Part shown: in pieces, positions 11,571 to 22,019 of the stretch
Layout: each line of letters begins with the position of its first letter
Numbering within the stretch: the first letter of the stretch is position 1
NCBI GenBank assembly: GCA_001661245.1
Contig: KV454012.1
Span: 278,147 to 342,146 of the forward strand
Source: Pachysolen tannophilus NRRL Y-2460
Taxonomy: Eukaryota
Reading direction: 5' to 3'
Length of the DNA stretch: 64,000 bases
Notes under the pieces: generated by a model
Database searches by the model: none
The model's input: the letters and a program-made list of their open reading frames with translations, nothing else
What the model was told of the DNA's origin: nothing
Made by a program: the position numbers and the translations under genes

Positions 11571-14500
11571 ATGTCTAAAGTCAACTGTGGGTTAGGAGAT
11601 TTAGGAGGTTTAGGAGATCTAAGAGATGGTGATGGTATATTAGTGAAAGATGATTTGTTGAAACTTAAGGAACATTTCATAAGGACAAAGTCGGTAGAGA
11701 TTGAATTTTTGGAGAAATGTTCTAGTCCAATTTTTAAATCGTTACAATCTGCTAAAGGTGCTGATGAGTATAGAATTATTTGTTGTGACACTTTTTCGTT
11801 ATTGTTGTTAAGATGCTCACAACTGGTTTTAAATCTGAATGCCGATGAAAAGTTGAGGTTACAAGAGATATTTAATCTGGAAATTACAACTTATATCTAT
11901 CGTTATGTAATTGATTTTTGGAATGAATCTGGAGCTCCATTAGGGAATTCATTAAGAGAAATGTTTTCAAAAATGTTGATTTTCTTGAATAAGCTTTATG
12001 ATGTGCGATTTAGAACATCTTTATATCAGAAATGGGTATTGATTATCTTGAACGATGTATCTTTTACTATGAGGGTTTTATATTATATGGTTGAAACTTT
12101 ATCAAAAGAATTTGATGAATCTTATGATTTTATTCTTAAACATAAGCCTGGTTTTATTAACACTTCGTTGAGTTATATGTGGTCAACAGCATTGTCAAAT
12201 TCCATTGGGAAATGTTTATCTGCTCTTTATAAAAATCATTTCAATGAGTTAAGATTGAAGTTAGAACAAGATCTGGATATTGTTTGGTTACAAACATGGG
12301 AATCATTAATCATTGAAAATTTACAAAATCTTCAATTACGCAAAAATATTCAAAATTATCTTTTACCAAATTTATTTAAAGTTTCCTCAAACAGTTTTGT
12401 AAATTTTATCAAAAACATGAATCTGTTAATTGGAGAAAATTTTGAAAATGAAGGTCTCGTTGCAATTATGTTAAGTTGTCTTTCTATTGGCCAGGAATTA
12501 GCAATTGTAGAAGAACCATTTCATGGAACTAACGCTATAATTTCAGTCGAATTGTTGTCTGCTTTGTTAAGTCATCAATCCGGATTTATCAAGATAACTT
12601 CATTGTCATTGCTTACTTCTTCTGCACAAGGATCTAAATCTGTTCAGCCATGTGTATTGAACTTGATTTTAGAAAAGTTACCTATTTTCACAAATGAAAT
12701 TGATTTGGAAGTGGCAAACGAGTTTATCTCGATTTTTAAAAAATTTATCTTGAGATTACGGGATTCTTCTTATGCATTAAATAGAGATCTGATGAAAATG
12801 ATCAAAAAGAATAAATTTTTAGATGAAGCAGAAGAAAAATGCAAGCAAGTTGAAATTTCTAAACAATTTCTAATTCAAGTATTAAATTTTATCAGCGATA
12901 ATTTAAGACCCGGCGTTTGTTATCAACGTTGCTACTCCTGTTTGAAAATTTTAAACGTTTTGATCAAATCTGGTTTAGATGAGACAGTAGATAGGCAATA
13001 CTATGAAAAGTTACATATTGATTATCCTTTTAATTTGGAAATATATTCGGATAGAAAATTATCGAGATTGTTGATAGATAATGTGGCAAACGATTTTGAA
13101 GATGTTAGAAACTTGGCGGTGTCTATCTTGTTAATGAGTTCAAACCTTAATTCTTATGAAAATGATTTAAATTTGATTGTGGACAGAAGCTTCGAGATGT
13201 TAGCTGATTTAAGAGGTAGAAAAGGTATTTCAGGAGCTAAGTCTTTACAATTTTTATGTGAAAGTAGTAGTTTGAATAAGAGTTTTAAAAAAAATATTTT
13301 AACAAGATTAGTCCATGATTTAACAGATAGAATTCAATTAGCAAAATTAGATTTGAGGTCAGCAGTTTACCAATCAAATATTTACGGTTATTATTTGGCA
13401 TTAAATTTAATTTTTGAAAATTTGAAAATTGATGATGAAGATTTTTATTCGAATTTGATTAATATTGTTGTGTTGTCAATTTTTGACATATGGACCTTGG
13501 CTAAGCCTATATTATCTCACGATTCTCCCGAAGGAAATTTACCAAAAGAACTTCAAGATCAAGAAGAAGATCTTAGTTGCGAATTAGAACTGAAATATGG
13601 ACCGGCTACTCAAGTGGTATTAAGTTATTCTTGGAGAGCAGTAAAAGAATCTAGTGCATTGTTGTCAACTTTCTTATCTAGAATTGATGATGACAGAATT
13701 CTGTTTAGTACAGAAGATTACGATTTAATTCGTATTGGAGATTTGATCATTCAACAATTGTCAACTATAAGACATCCAGGTGCCTTTTCATCAGTTTATC
13801 CAACTTTTCTTTCATGCTGTGAAAGATGTTTCAATAAGAAAAGCGATCTACCATCTATTTGGTTACGGAAAAACTTATCTTTGATTGAAGATCAAAATCA
13901 TTTAATAACCAGAAGATCAGCTGGATTGCCTTTTTTGATTACAGGTATTTTGACTGCAGAATTCAAATATAACAAAAAACTTAAAAATAAAAATAAAAAA
14001 CCAATTGAAAAAAAACTTTCTGATAATGATTTAATTCTTTTCAAATTCACATTTGAAGAATTGATTAGGATTGGTAGTTTACCATTTGAAGACGGTAATG
14101 GCGAGGAAAAATTAGCATTACCGCAAGTTCATGCATTTAACTGTATACGGGCATTAATTGTAGAGTCACAACTTTCGGAGTTATCCAATTTTTACATTGA
14201 TAAATCTTTAGACTTATGTTTAGCAAAGTTTTCTTCGAGGACCTGGTCAATTAGAAATGTTTCTGTTATGCTTTTTACTGCTATACAGAATCGGTTATTT
14301 GGAACTAAAAAAATTGATAAAAATTATTTGTGTACTATCAGTTCAAGGTTATTTTTCTCTAGATATAAAAACCTTGCAAAAATTTTATTGAAAAATTTCC
14401 AAAATTCATTGCTGATTTCACAAAATGAAGATATGGAAAGTATTTTTCCAATATTGTCGCTATTGTCAAGATTACATTCTACTAGAGGTTTTAACCCTAT

Positions 14501-16163
14501 TTTAGAATTTGAACCATTATTAATTGAATGTTTAGGCAACAAGCATTGGAAAGTAAGAGAAATGGCTGCAAGAGCTTTACCTTCAGTTATAAATGATGAT
14601 GAGTTTTATGAAGAATGTTGTTCATTACTTCAAAAAGCTGACAACAGTAACAAGAATATGATTCATGGTTTGCTTTTAGCGATCAAAGAATTATTAATCA
14701 GATCTGGATTGAAAAATACAAGCGAGTCCTTTATTATTCCATCAAAAGTGACTGAAATGTTTCTTTTGAGATTGGACAGTTTATTATTTGAAAATAATTG
14801 TTACGCTTCTTGTATCACCTATGTTCAAATTTTGGATTTCATAGTTTCCAAAAATTTTGATTATTCAAATTTTCCAGAAGAGATATTGAATAAATTGGGC
14901 AATTATTTTTTAAAACACAATATATTAAATCATTTAGATGGTTCAAAGCAATTGTTGCTTTCAAGGTTATCCACACTCGTATTAAAAGTTTATGGCAAGA
15001 ACAATGATTTAGAAAATTTAGGTGACTTATTACAAGTTTGTTTATTGTCAGAATTTTATGAATGTCAACTTTCTGCTATAACGTATACATCACAGAATAT
15101 TTCAATATTATCATCGACTATTAAGCTCGATATAATTGACACTTTATGGTTTATTTTGTCGAACCTGAAGTTTTGGTCCCACGTTAAAGCAGCAAGTTTA
15201 AGACTCTTGAAAGATTTATTGATCAATAGTGATAACGCCTATGAGTATGATAATGATCATTTATTGGAAAGAACAAAATTATTACTTGAATTTATGGACG
15301 AAGAATTGAATAGCGAAGATGTTAGATCTACAAGTCTAGCAGCTTTAGGTGCATTTGTCGCTAGATTAAACGATTCTTATTACTTTGAGACGTGGTTGCA
15401 GCTTTGTGAAATTCATTCTAGCGATGATAAGCCATTCAATGTTAGATATTCTGCTATGACTTCTCTTATATCATATTTACAAACAAACAATAACAGGAAA
15501 GCTAATATTAATTTCGTGAAAGTGTTACTTAAATTGTATTTGTTTTTATTTGATGATGACGATGAGTTGAGAGAGCATGCATCTGAATTCATATCACGTT
15601 CTATAATGGACATTAAGTTCCATTTAGTACCGATTGAAATTCAAAATAGGTTTACTGAATTTTTAATTCATAACTATAGTATTTCTTTGATATATGATAT
15701 AATATTGAATGACTATTACATCAAGCGTTTAAATTATAATATTGAAGATATCGTCAAGTGTGATCAAGATAATTTCTTGTTCAGCTTCGAGAAGCAAAAT
15801 TTTTACAGAAACGTTATAGATCAGCATCGAATCTATATTGAATTATTGGTATTAGTAGCATCAGAATTCGATAGCTCTACTATTGAAAAACTATCAACTC
15901 AAATAAGGGAAAATGTTGATAACCTTTTCAAAATAATCAATTTGTTTGAAAACGATAATTACATGGGATGGCTAAAAGAAGAGGAAAATTTCAATGTTTT
16001 CTATTGCATTCTATTTGATATTAAATTCATTAAGGAATTGATCAAAGATCAAAGAAAATTTGACCTGTTATTTGGCGAAAGCTTAAACAAACTTAACAGA
16101 ATTTCCATTAGAAATAATTTACATCAGTTATGTAAAGAACAAATTGTTAATTCACAGAATTAA
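11571..16163 (+). CDS. TRM732: tRNA (C32) 2'-O-methylation regulator, THADA/Trm732 family
   Basis: 1530-aa armadillo-like ORF with DUF2428 motifs SWRAVKES, IRHPGAFSSV, ITRRSAGLPF, PQVHAFNC. Confidence 0.9.
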   Translation: MSKVNCGLGDLGGLGDLRDGDGILVKDDLLKLKEHFIRTKSVEIEFLEKCSSPIFKSLQSAKGADEYRIICCDTFSLLLLRCSQLVLNLNADEKLRLQEIFNLEITTYIYRYVIDFWNESGAPLGNSLREMFSKMLIFLNKLYDVRFRTSLYQKWVLIILNDVSFTMRVLYYMVETLSKEFDESYDFILKHKPGFINTSLSYMWSTALSNSIGKCLSALYKNHFNELRLKLEQDLDIVWLQTWESLIIENLQNLQLRKNIQNYLLPNLFKVSSNSFVNFIKNMNLLIGENFENEGLVAIMLSCLSIGQELAIVEEPFHGTNAIISVELLSALLSHQSGFIKITSLSLLTSSAQGSKSVQPCVLNLILEKLPIFTNEIDLEVANEFISIFKKFILRLRDSSYALNRDLMKMIKKNKFLDEAEEKCKQVEISKQFLIQVLNFISDNLRPGVCYQRCYSCLKILNVLIKSGLDETVDRQYYEKLHIDYPFNLEIYSDRKLSRLLIDNVANDFEDVRNLAVSILLMSSNLNSYENDLNLIVDRSFEMLADLRGRKGISGAKSLQFLCESSSLNKSFKKNILTRLVHDLTDRIQLAKLDLRSAVYQSNIYGYYLALNLIFENLKIDDEDFYSNLINIVVLSIFDIWTLAKPILSHDSPEGNLPKELQDQEEDLSCELELKYGPATQVVLSYSWRAVKESSALLSTFLSRIDDDRILFSTEDYDLIRIGDLIIQQLSTIRHPGAFSSVYPTFLSCCERCFNKKSDLPSIWLRKNLSLIEDQNHLITRRSAGLPFLITGILTAEFKYNKKLKNKNKKPIEKKLSDNDLILFKFTFEELIRIGSLPFEDGNGEEKLALPQVHAFNCIRALIVESQLSELSNFYIDKSLDLCLAKFSSRTWSIRNVSVMLFTAIQNRLFGTKKIDKNYLCTISSRLFFSRYKNLAKILLKNFQNSLLISQNEDMESIFPILSLLSRLHSTRGFNPILEFEPLLIECLGNKHWKVREMAARALPSVINDDEFYEECCSLLQKADNSNKNMIHGLLLAIKELLIRSGLKNTSESFIIPSKVTEMFLLRLDSLLFENNCYASCITYVQILDFIVSKNFDYSNFPEEILNKLGNYFLKHNILNHLDGSKQLLLSRLSTLVLKVYGKNNDLENLGDLLQVCLLSEFYECQLSAITYTSQNISILSSTIKLDIIDTLWFILSNLKFWSHVKAASLRLLKDLLINSDNAYEYDNDHLLERTKLLLEFMDEELNSEDVRSTSLAALGAFVARLNDSYYFETWLQLCEIHSSDDKPFNVRYSAMTSLISYLQTNNNRKANINFVKVLLKLYLFLFDDDDELREHASEFISRSIMDIKFHLVPIEIQNRFTEFLIHNYSISLIYDIILNDYYIKRLNYNIEDIVKCDQDNFLFSFEKQNFYRNVIDQHRIYIELLVLVASEFDSSTIEKLSTQIRENVDNLFKIINLFENDNYMGWLKEEENFNVFYCILFDIKFIKELIKDQRKFDLLFGESLNKLNRISIRNNLHQLCKEQIVNSQN

Positions 16164-16464
16164 ATGTACATATTTTATTAACTAGATTTTTATAGATATT
16201 AATAACTAATAGAAGAAACAATTTAAATCGAATAAACGTCGTCGAATAACGTCGTCGTAGGACAGCATCGTTGTCGGATAACATCTTTATTCTCATTTTC
16301 ATCTTCACCTGGTTTAAAAAAGCCACAGTTGTCGTTAATCTCTTGCGCACTACTGGGTTCCCCGAAATTTGTACATTTAGCCATAACTCAAGTTTTAAAA
16401 ATTGATATTGAAAAGATGAAGAATTCGAATTAGAAGAAATTGGAATCAAGTGAAGGAAGTAGTC

Positions 16465-17431
16465 ATGTCGTTTTCTGTAAGTTGTAAATTCCAAATGATG
16501 ATGGAAATTATTAAAATTTTTGAGAATATTTTCTTTTTTTATTAACATTTAATACCGTTTAACTTTTTAGAGATTGGTGAGATTTATAGCGAAGAATGGT
16601 AGAACCTACTATGGTGATGCTATATTGCCAGAAGGTGTTTCTGATTCTAGTTTGGCTAAAAAAGCTTTTGTTATCAGTGGTGATGTTTTCAGTGATTATA
16701 TTGTAACGAATGAAGTTCAAGAGATTGGTCAGCTTTTATCTCCGTTATCATTTTCAGATATTCAAACTGTTAGATTGTTGGGTATGAATTATAGGAAACA
16801 TGCTATAGAGATCAATACTCCAATTCCCAAGTATCCTGTTTTGTTTTATAAGCCTAAAACTGCTATAACTGGACCATTTGATTCAGTCAAAGTACCAATT
16901 ATTGCTCAAGAAGCACCGGGTAAAATTGATTATGAAGTTGAATTGGTTATTGTTATTGGCCGTGAAGGAAGAAATATTCCAATTGATAAAGCTTCAGAAT
17001 ATATATTGGGATATACTATTGGTAATGATGTTTCACAAAGAACATGGCAAATAGAAAAAGGTGGCTCACAGTTCTCAACTGGTAAGATGTTTGATACTTG
17101 GGCGCCAATTGGACCGGCTATTGTTTCTACCAATTTGATTCAATCTCCAAATGAGTTGGATCTTATATCTAAAGTAAATGGTGAATTAAGACAGAGCTCT
17201 AATACAAAAGATATGATTTTCAGTGTATTTGAATTAGTTTCATTTTTATCTCAAGGTACTACACTTAGACCTGGTGATTTAATTTTCACTGGAACTCCTC
17301 AAGGTGTAGGAATGGGATTTAAACCAGCAAAATGGTTAAAAGATGGTGATATCACTTCTTTTTATATTGAAAATATCGGAAGAATTGAAAATAAGTTTAT
17401 TTTTGAAAATAAAGAAAGAGCAAAAATCTAA
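16465..17431 (+). CDS. Fumarylacetoacetate hydrolase family protein (FAHD2-like); exons 16465-16476 and 16571-17431
   Basis: ATG TCG TTT TCT|GTAAGT, TATTAAC at 16540, TTTTAG|AGA TTG gives MSFSRLVRFIA; motifs DYEVELVIVIG, GYTIGNDVS, GKMFDTWAPIGP, PGDLIFTGTP. Confidence 0.9.
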
Positions 17432-17514
17432 TTTAAGAAAGCAAAAAAAAAACATTATAATATACAAAGAAAAATTATTTATTAAATTCCCACCTGTGTA
17501 ATTAATTGATTAAA

Positions 17515-18048
17515 TCAATCAGTACTTGCGCAACCTCTACAACCACAAGTAACGCACTGAATACTTTTAAGTTTTAATTTCTTCTTATCTTCTCCTTCCA
17601 TGTCTTCTTCGCCAGTATTATTACTATTACTACCTCCATCATTTTGCTTACTGAGTACGGCTTTAGGAACTCTACATATACATGTTGACCCATGATTTTT
17701 TTCATTAGTTGCAATACATCCAAGACAACAAAGATTTTCATAACCTTGTTTTTTCCATTTAGCAATCAACTGTCCATCTGCATATTTATTTTTCAACAAA
17801 TATTGGTATAACTCATCCGAAATAGCTTTTTTTTCATAATACAAATCATATATATAACGAGATCTTTGGTGATGTAATTGATAAATTGGCCATAATGATT
17901 CATTCTTCTTTGTCTGAAGACTTTTCTTACTATTACCACTAGAAGTTTGTAAATCTCTTAATTTATCCGCAAATTCTTTCAACGTTGGTTCTATCTCACT
18001 AAAACCCTTTGGAGGTTTTTTAGAACGAGATGTCCTCAATTTCGGCAT
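17515..18048 (-). CDS. BUD31: Pre-mRNA splicing factor Bud31 (G10 family)
   Basis: LWPIYQLHHQRSRYIY, KWKKQGYENLCCLGC, TCICRVP, CVTCGCRGCASTD. Confidence 0.96.
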   Translation of the reverse strand: MPKLRTSRSKKPPKGFSEIEPTLKEFADKLRDLQTSSGNSKKSLQTKKNESLWPIYQLHHQRSRYIYDLYYEKKAISDELYQYLLKNKYADGQLIAKWKKQGYENLCCLGCIATNEKNHGSTCICRVPKAVLSKQNDGGSNSNNTGEEDMEGEDKKKLKLKSIQCVTCGCRGCASTD

Positions 18049-18197
18049 CCTAACTATATCAACCCCATAAATATAAACTGATATTCATATGGAGTAGTAG
18101 TAGTAGTAGTTAAAATCTTACTATTTGCCTGCGTACAAAATTGAAAAATTTGAAAAATTTGAAAAAAAAATTTAAAAAAAAAAAAAATAAAAAAAAA

Positions 18198-18292
18198 CGA
18201 CACCAGCAGGATTTGAACCTGCGCGGGAAGATCCCAAAAGATACCTCTTAAAAGATTCGAGTCTTTCGCCTTAACCACTCGGCCATAGTGTC
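18198..18292 (-). tRNA. tRNA-Ser(CGA) with 13-nt intron (18243-18255)
   Basis: GACACTATGGCCGAGTGGTTAAGGCG AAAGA CT CGA A [TCTTTTAAGAGGT] A TCTTT, long variable arm, GGTTCAAATCC, discriminator G; anticodon at 18259-18257. Confidence 0.95.
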
Positions 18293-18542
18293 TGAAAGTA
18301 TTTGTAGTATGTTAGCTAAAACGGATTAGTTTGTGGAAAAGGCCCGGTAATGTTAAAAGATAAGCAATTGAGAGATAAGTTAATAAGGGGGAAATGGGTA
18401 TCAGCTACATGTTAGTTCAAGTCAAGTTTTGAGTTTTTCGGATTACCATATATAAATCTGATATAGTCCTCTACAAGTGATCATACCTATATTTGCTCTT
18501 TTTTTTTTTTTTTTTTTTTTGTTTGTTCGGTATTCTCGATAG

Positions 18543-19100
18543 TTAAAGACTGTAGACATTATATTGCAACCCAGTTTCCAGTAATACTTCTTCAGTCATC
18601 TCCCATGGAACATTGAAAATCCCAGAATTGATCTTAGGAATATTAATAACCAAATTTTCTTCATTAATATCATACTTTGTTAATAAATCTTGAACTTCTT
18701 CTAAATCACAATTTTTTTTACCTTGTAATTGCGTAACCATATCCAAAATTGCAAATTGAGTATATTGCAGAATTTCTGTAGGTGATTCTTGACCCAATAA
18801 ACTCGTAAATAAACAAGCAATTAAATAATCTCCTTCATGGTTAAAATCTTTTGGATTGATTTTTATTAATAACGTTGAACCTAATAATTTTTGTGGATTA
18901 GAACTAAAACTCAGACAATGTGTTTGATATTGATTTAATGCAGATGGGAACCTCTTTGCAAATTGGTATGCAATACCTCCTCCCCATGAGCCATAACAAT
19001 TACAAGAATGTGCTAAAATAACAGGGAAAGAAGATTGCGGCTTTGATAGAATCGAAAAAAGGTCTTCATTGATATAAGTTAAAGCTGATCTTTGTGCCAT
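18543..19100 (-). CDS. POA1: ADP-ribose 1''-phosphate phosphatase (macro domain)
   Basis: ILAHSCNCYGSWGGGIA, IACLFTS, PKINSGIFNVPWE. Confidence 0.9.
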   Translation of the reverse strand: MAQRSALTYINEDLFSILSKPQSSFPVILAHSCNCYGSWGGGIAYQFAKRFPSALNQYQTHCLSFSSNPQKLLGSTLLIKINPKDFNHEGDYLIACLFTSLLGQESPTEILQYTQFAILDMVTQLQGKKNCDLEEVQDLLTKYDINEENLVINIPKINSGIFNVPWEMTEEVLLETGLQYNVYSL

Positions 19101-19293
19101 TTCTTTAAAATTTAATTAATTATTTTAGTTTTATTAATTATTTTTTTGGTTTCCTTCCATTTCGTTATATATTTTATATTATGCATAAATTTCACTTGCT
19201 TACAACCATCGTACATACTTACATACGCACACACAAAAAAAAAAAAAAAAAAAAAACACACAACTATATATGACCTAGGACCTAAGACCTAAA

Positions 19294-21732
19294 CTATTGA
19301 ACGTCTTCTTCACTATTATCCCGGACAAACACGTAGACGTAACCATTTTGTTCCATTTCTTTCAAATTCGCTTGATCTTGTAATACAACTTTTTCGTCGT
19401 TGAACAAAACCCATTTGTTTTCTCCGTTAATATTTTTAAGGATAAATGCAACGTAGTGACCAGAATGAATAGAAGTACCTTTATGACAAATAATTGCCTT
19501 TAATTTATAATTTTTACTTGATGGATTTGCTTTAGATTCTTTTATCATCTGTTCAATTATTTGGTCTTGACTAACTGATTGCCCTACTTCCTCTTCTTCT
19601 TCCTCTTCCTCATCGTCCGGTAAGTTACCATCATCCAGAGGATTTTCAAATAACCAAGCTACAGCTAGTTCGACATTATTATTATTCAAAATCAATGCTT
19701 TCTTCGAAATTTTTTCATGAAATCCCATAGATGATAACGTCTCTATATCTTCCTGTTTAACTTTGTTGTTACTACTTATCTTTGTGGAAATATTTGAGGA
19801 TGAAGGTTCGACAAATGGTTCATCAATATCAGCATCATCCATATGAGCAAATAACCAGTTCATTGCATCTTCAGCACTATTATTTCCAGTATTATATAAT
19901 GCTTTAATGCAACGGATTTCCGGAAATCCCATTGATTGCAATTGTGTCATTGCCTCTTGGTTTGGTTCAAACCTTGATTGAGACGTATTGTTATTTTCAT
20001 CAATTTGTTTTTCATTATCCTCCAAGAGTACTTCATTTTCTATAAAATTTTGTTCTGAATCGTATTTACTCAAATCAATTGTATTATTTTTAGGTAACTT
20101 AATTGGAATATCTACCTTAACTGGAACCCAATTTTCTAATTTAATTCTCTGGGCATTTATTATTAAAACGTTTGGATACGTTTTGAAAAAATTATTTTTG
20201 GTAAATTTTTTAGAATTACATGAAGTACAATTCAATTCAACTTCTTCGCTTTCAAACCAATCATCAAACATTTCATTAAATGTTGTTGGATCAAATTTTT
20301 TCACTCCTTGATCATCAACAGTGATCGAATGATTCCTAAGGGGTAAAGATAAACAATCAGTCAATTCATTTGATTTCTTTATGCCATTACAATTTTTACA
20401 TTTTAATTTATTCTCCAAGATAAATTGAAAAATTGAGTTTGGTTTTTCATGGTAATTTTTTTTAGTACGATATAATTGATCAATTTTTTGAAGTAAAAAA
20501 GTCCAAAATTCAAAAGCATCTTGTTGTCTCATGCTACTAAATTCTGGATGTTTATCACCTATTAAAGTCTTGAAGCTAGAAGGCTTAATTCCCTTTTGAT
20601 ATTTAACCGTATCAGTTGTGGAGTCATCAGGTACAGAATACTTACCACTGATTAAACCATTGGCTAACTTGATCAATTGAGTCATTAAATCTTTTGAAGG
20701 GTTATTTTTGTTAGGAAATTCCTTACCATAAAAAGCATTTTCAAAAGTTTTTAAAGAAAATAAAACTTGTAATACAGTAGCCATATAACAAGAATTTCCT
20801 AAATTCTTCAAACCTGTTAATTTTTCACCAAATATCGGTTTTAAGACTTCACCATTCTCACCATCCATATTAAAATCCCATTTCATATTTTGATCAATTT
20901 GTAATTCTGTTAAATTTTTTTCTGTTTTAACAACTTCATCAATGTTAATCTTATACGTTTTCAAATATTTTGCCAATTCTGGAACTTTTATCTCATCATT
21001 ACATTCATAACAATAAACATCTGCAGAATCTGATGATAAAGACCCCAATTTAACTGCAATTGGATGATTTGCTGTCTGATAATGATTTAAAGCATGTGAA
21101 TTTCCTGGAATACCACCAAATTGTTGCCTACCACATCCAATTGAACCACAATGTAAACATAACCATAAATTTTCTTTTAAATCACAAAATGAACATTGAT
21201 GTAAATTTAAATTTTCATTCTTTAATTGTTTTATATCAAAAGCATGTCTACAAGGAACAATTTCTTGTTCCCAAGATTTTATTTCATCTTTTTTAGATGA
21301 TGAAGTCAGTTTAATAACTGCTTCAATTGTTAAGAAAAGAGATGATGCCAATTCATTTGCATCAATTGGAAAAAATTGATCACATTTTATACAAAAAAGA
21401 GAATTTTTTAAATAAAATAATTCATCTTCAGTTTTTTCTTTAATTTCTAATTTAGCCATCTTTAATGGTTTTTCTTCTAATTCTGTTTCCAATTGAGGTC
21501 TTTGAATTTTTTGATAATTTAAAAAAATCCCATGAGAATCACCACGCTTATTAAAATGTAATTGATCATGTTCCTTATAACAAAAAGATTGGAAACATTT
21601 TAAACAAATATTAAGTCCATCTTTATTAAATGCAGTACTAAAACAGTACATACAATCATCTTTATATACATCTTGAGACGATGAAGGTGGTTGAATTAAA
21701 GGCGCAAATTCTGATATATGTGAACAAACCAT
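19294..21732 (-). CDS. UBP14: Ubiquitin C-terminal hydrolase 14 (isopeptidase T; ZnF-UBP, two UBA)
   Basis: ENLWLCLHCGSIGCGR, Cys box GLKNLGNSCY, QQDAFEF, two UBA repeats (SMGF), His box HKGTSIHSGHYV; ATG at 21732. Confidence 0.95.
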   Translation of the reverse strand: MVCSHISEFAPLIQPPSSSQDVYKDDCMYCFSTAFNKDGLNICLKCFQSFCYKEHDQLHFNKRGDSHGIFLNYQKIQRPQLETELEEKPLKMAKLEIKEKTEDELFYLKNSLFCIKCDQFFPIDANELASSLFLTIEAVIKLTSSSKKDEIKSWEQEIVPCRHAFDIKQLKNENLNLHQCSFCDLKENLWLCLHCGSIGCGRQQFGGIPGNSHALNHYQTANHPIAVKLGSLSSDSADVYCYECNDEIKVPELAKYLKTYKINIDEVVKTEKNLTELQIDQNMKWDFNMDGENGEVLKPIFGEKLTGLKNLGNSCYMATVLQVLFSLKTFENAFYGKEFPNKNNPSKDLMTQLIKLANGLISGKYSVPDDSTTDTVKYQKGIKPSSFKTLIGDKHPEFSSMRQQDAFEFWTFLLQKIDQLYRTKKNYHEKPNSIFQFILENKLKCKNCNGIKKSNELTDCLSLPLRNHSITVDDQGVKKFDPTTFNEMFDDWFESEEVELNCTSCNSKKFTKNNFFKTYPNVLIINAQRIKLENWVPVKVDIPIKLPKNNTIDLSKYDSEQNFIENEVLLEDNEKQIDENNNTSQSRFEPNQEAMTQLQSMGFPEIRCIKALYNTGNNSAEDAMNWLFAHMDDADIDEPFVEPSSSNISTKISSNNKVKQEDIETLSSMGFHEKISKKALILNNNNVELAVAWLFENPLDDGNLPDDEEEEEEEEVGQSVSQDQIIEQMIKESKANPSSKNYKLKAIICHKGTSIHSGHYVAFILKNINGENKWVLFNDEKVVLQDQANLKEMEQNGYVYVFVRDNSEEDVQ

Positions 21733-22019
21733 TATATATCCTTCAATCTTCAATCTTCAATCTTCAATCTCTCTATATGACAAAAATTTTTTAAACCTTT
21801 TAAATACAAAAAATTATCTTTAATTACTATATATTATTGTATATCTTTTATTAGTGGCAATTTGTACTTTGATCTTTTCTACGTACAAAAAAAAATTGAT
21901 TTTTTTAAGAAAAACAAAAAAAATGAAAAAAAAATTTGTAAAAAGAAAAAAAATATAAATTAAAATAAACGAAATTAATGAAACCAATGAAACCAATTTT
22001 CAAATAGAACAGAGAAATA

